Assembly (NCBI GenBank): GCA_963782665.1
Contig: CAWAKP010000007.1
Coordinates: 7,909 to 71,908 of the forward strand
Direction of reading: 5' to 3'
From: an uncultured Actinomycetota bacterium
Lineage (GTDB): Bacteria; Actinomycetota; Actinomycetes; S36-B12; CAIYMF01
DNA: 64,000 nt
Under the pieces are notes generated by a model. That model did not search any database. It saw only the letters and a program-made list of their open reading frames with translations, and was not told where the DNA came from. The position numbers were made by a program, and so were the translations under genes. Of the stretch, positions 63,615 through 64,000 are shown one piece after another (the first letter of the stretch is position 1; every line of letters starts with the position of its first letter).

Positions 63615-63842
63615 GGATCTCACTCCTTCGGGTTGTCGGGTTCGGTTCGACGCTAGGCAGAGGTCGTCCCGGCTTCGCCCGGTCATGACCCAAGGAGCGG
63701 TCAAGAAGTGGCAACGGTTGGACGAGATGCGCGTGGTGTCGGCGTGTCGCGCAGGCTCGTGAGTCCGTGACGACCAACGAGTTCGTGTCGGGTGGCTCCA
63801 CGTGGCGCATCCGCGTTCCCGCACCCGGGGTACCCTCACCCG

Positions 63843-64000
63843 GTGAGAAACGGGGTGCGAGCGCTGGTGGCTGCGCTCGGCTGCGTCCTGGTCCTGGCGG
63901 GGTGCTCCTCGACGGGCGGATCGGCCGGCCCTCGGGTCTCGGGCTCGCAGGCGACGTCCGCAGATGCGGCACAAGGTGTCGGTGTCACCCGTTTCGCCGA
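63843..64000 (+). CDS. putative lipoprotein, 5' part only (runs off window)
   Basis: GTG 63843. VRNGVRALVAALGCVLVLAGCSSTGG gives a signal peptide with LAGC lipobox. Open to the window end. Confidence 0.4.
   Translation, partial: MRNGVRALVAALGCVLVLAGCSSTGGSAGPRVSGSQATSADAAQGVGVTRFA

Noticed and set aside
1-64000. CRISPR arrays, rRNA genes, transposases/IS elements, prophage genes, toxin-antitoxin or known defence-system signatures
   Set aside because: None seen on either strand. The only tandem DNA repeat is the intragenic 3 x 39-bp unit at 59422..59538.

Overview
Very GC-rich, densely coding actinobacterial chromosomal segment; third codon positions are almost all G/C, so every real gene casts long Arg/Ala/Pro-rich shadow ORFs that I ignored. 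All motif coordinates come from manual counting, and several start codons are uncertain.

Left to right:
- 1..144: tRNA-Asp (partial) and tRNA-Glu.
- 0.3-9.6 kb: small HExxH metallopeptidase, large PAS-GGDEF-(degenerate)EAL protein, lipoprotein, GT39 + GT2/GtrA glycosylation pair, lipase-like hydrolase.
- 9.6-10.1 kb: unexplained ~0.5 kb non-coding structured region ahead of an AzgA/NCS2 purine permease whose 5' end looks frameshifted.
- 11.8-13.1 kb: PiT phosphate transporter with a PHO-box-like direct repeat.
- 14-34 kb, all minus strand (the stand-out):
  - a 1223-aa secreted propeller/FN3/LamG/Ig protein;
  - a System I cytochrome c maturation operon of the variant type: CcmE with Cys instead of the haem-binding His, fused CcmA-CcmB, no CcmH, plus two unknown co-transcribed membrane proteins;
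  - a TlpA-type thioredoxin, a NapC/NirT-type cytochrome extended to 10 CXXCH motifs and a CcmI/NrfG-like TPR protein;
  - two paralogous secreted multihaem cytochromes, an NHL beta-propeller and another TPR protein.
- 33.8-36.9 kb: the flanking GAF-histidine kinase / NarL regulator / pseudo-receiver trio.
- I read the 14-37 kb block as a candidate envelope electron-transfer system not described for high-GC Actinomycetia. A conserved ~88-nt element with identical internal spacing sits in front of two of its operons.
- 37-48 kb: glutaminase-STAS-cNMP fusion, agmatine deiminase, TetR/MFS, two further HisKA_3/NarL two-component pairs in the right half of the window, a divergent HisA-like protein, and a HelD/HelR-type RNA-polymerase-protecting helicase preceded by a rifamycin-associated-element-like palindrome.
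- 48-54.8 kb: tRNA-Lys, an SDR gene remnant, and an ArsR + P1B-5 ATPase (C-terminal hemerythrin) module.
- 54.9-57.2 kb: an ABC exporter (ATPase + permease) riddled with about 20 frameshifts.
- 57.7-64 kb: an MccF-like LD-carboxypeptidase and a SoxR regulator with a textbook SoxR-box promoter driving a leaderless questin-oxidase-like gene.

No CRISPR array, rRNA, transposase or integrase was seen.
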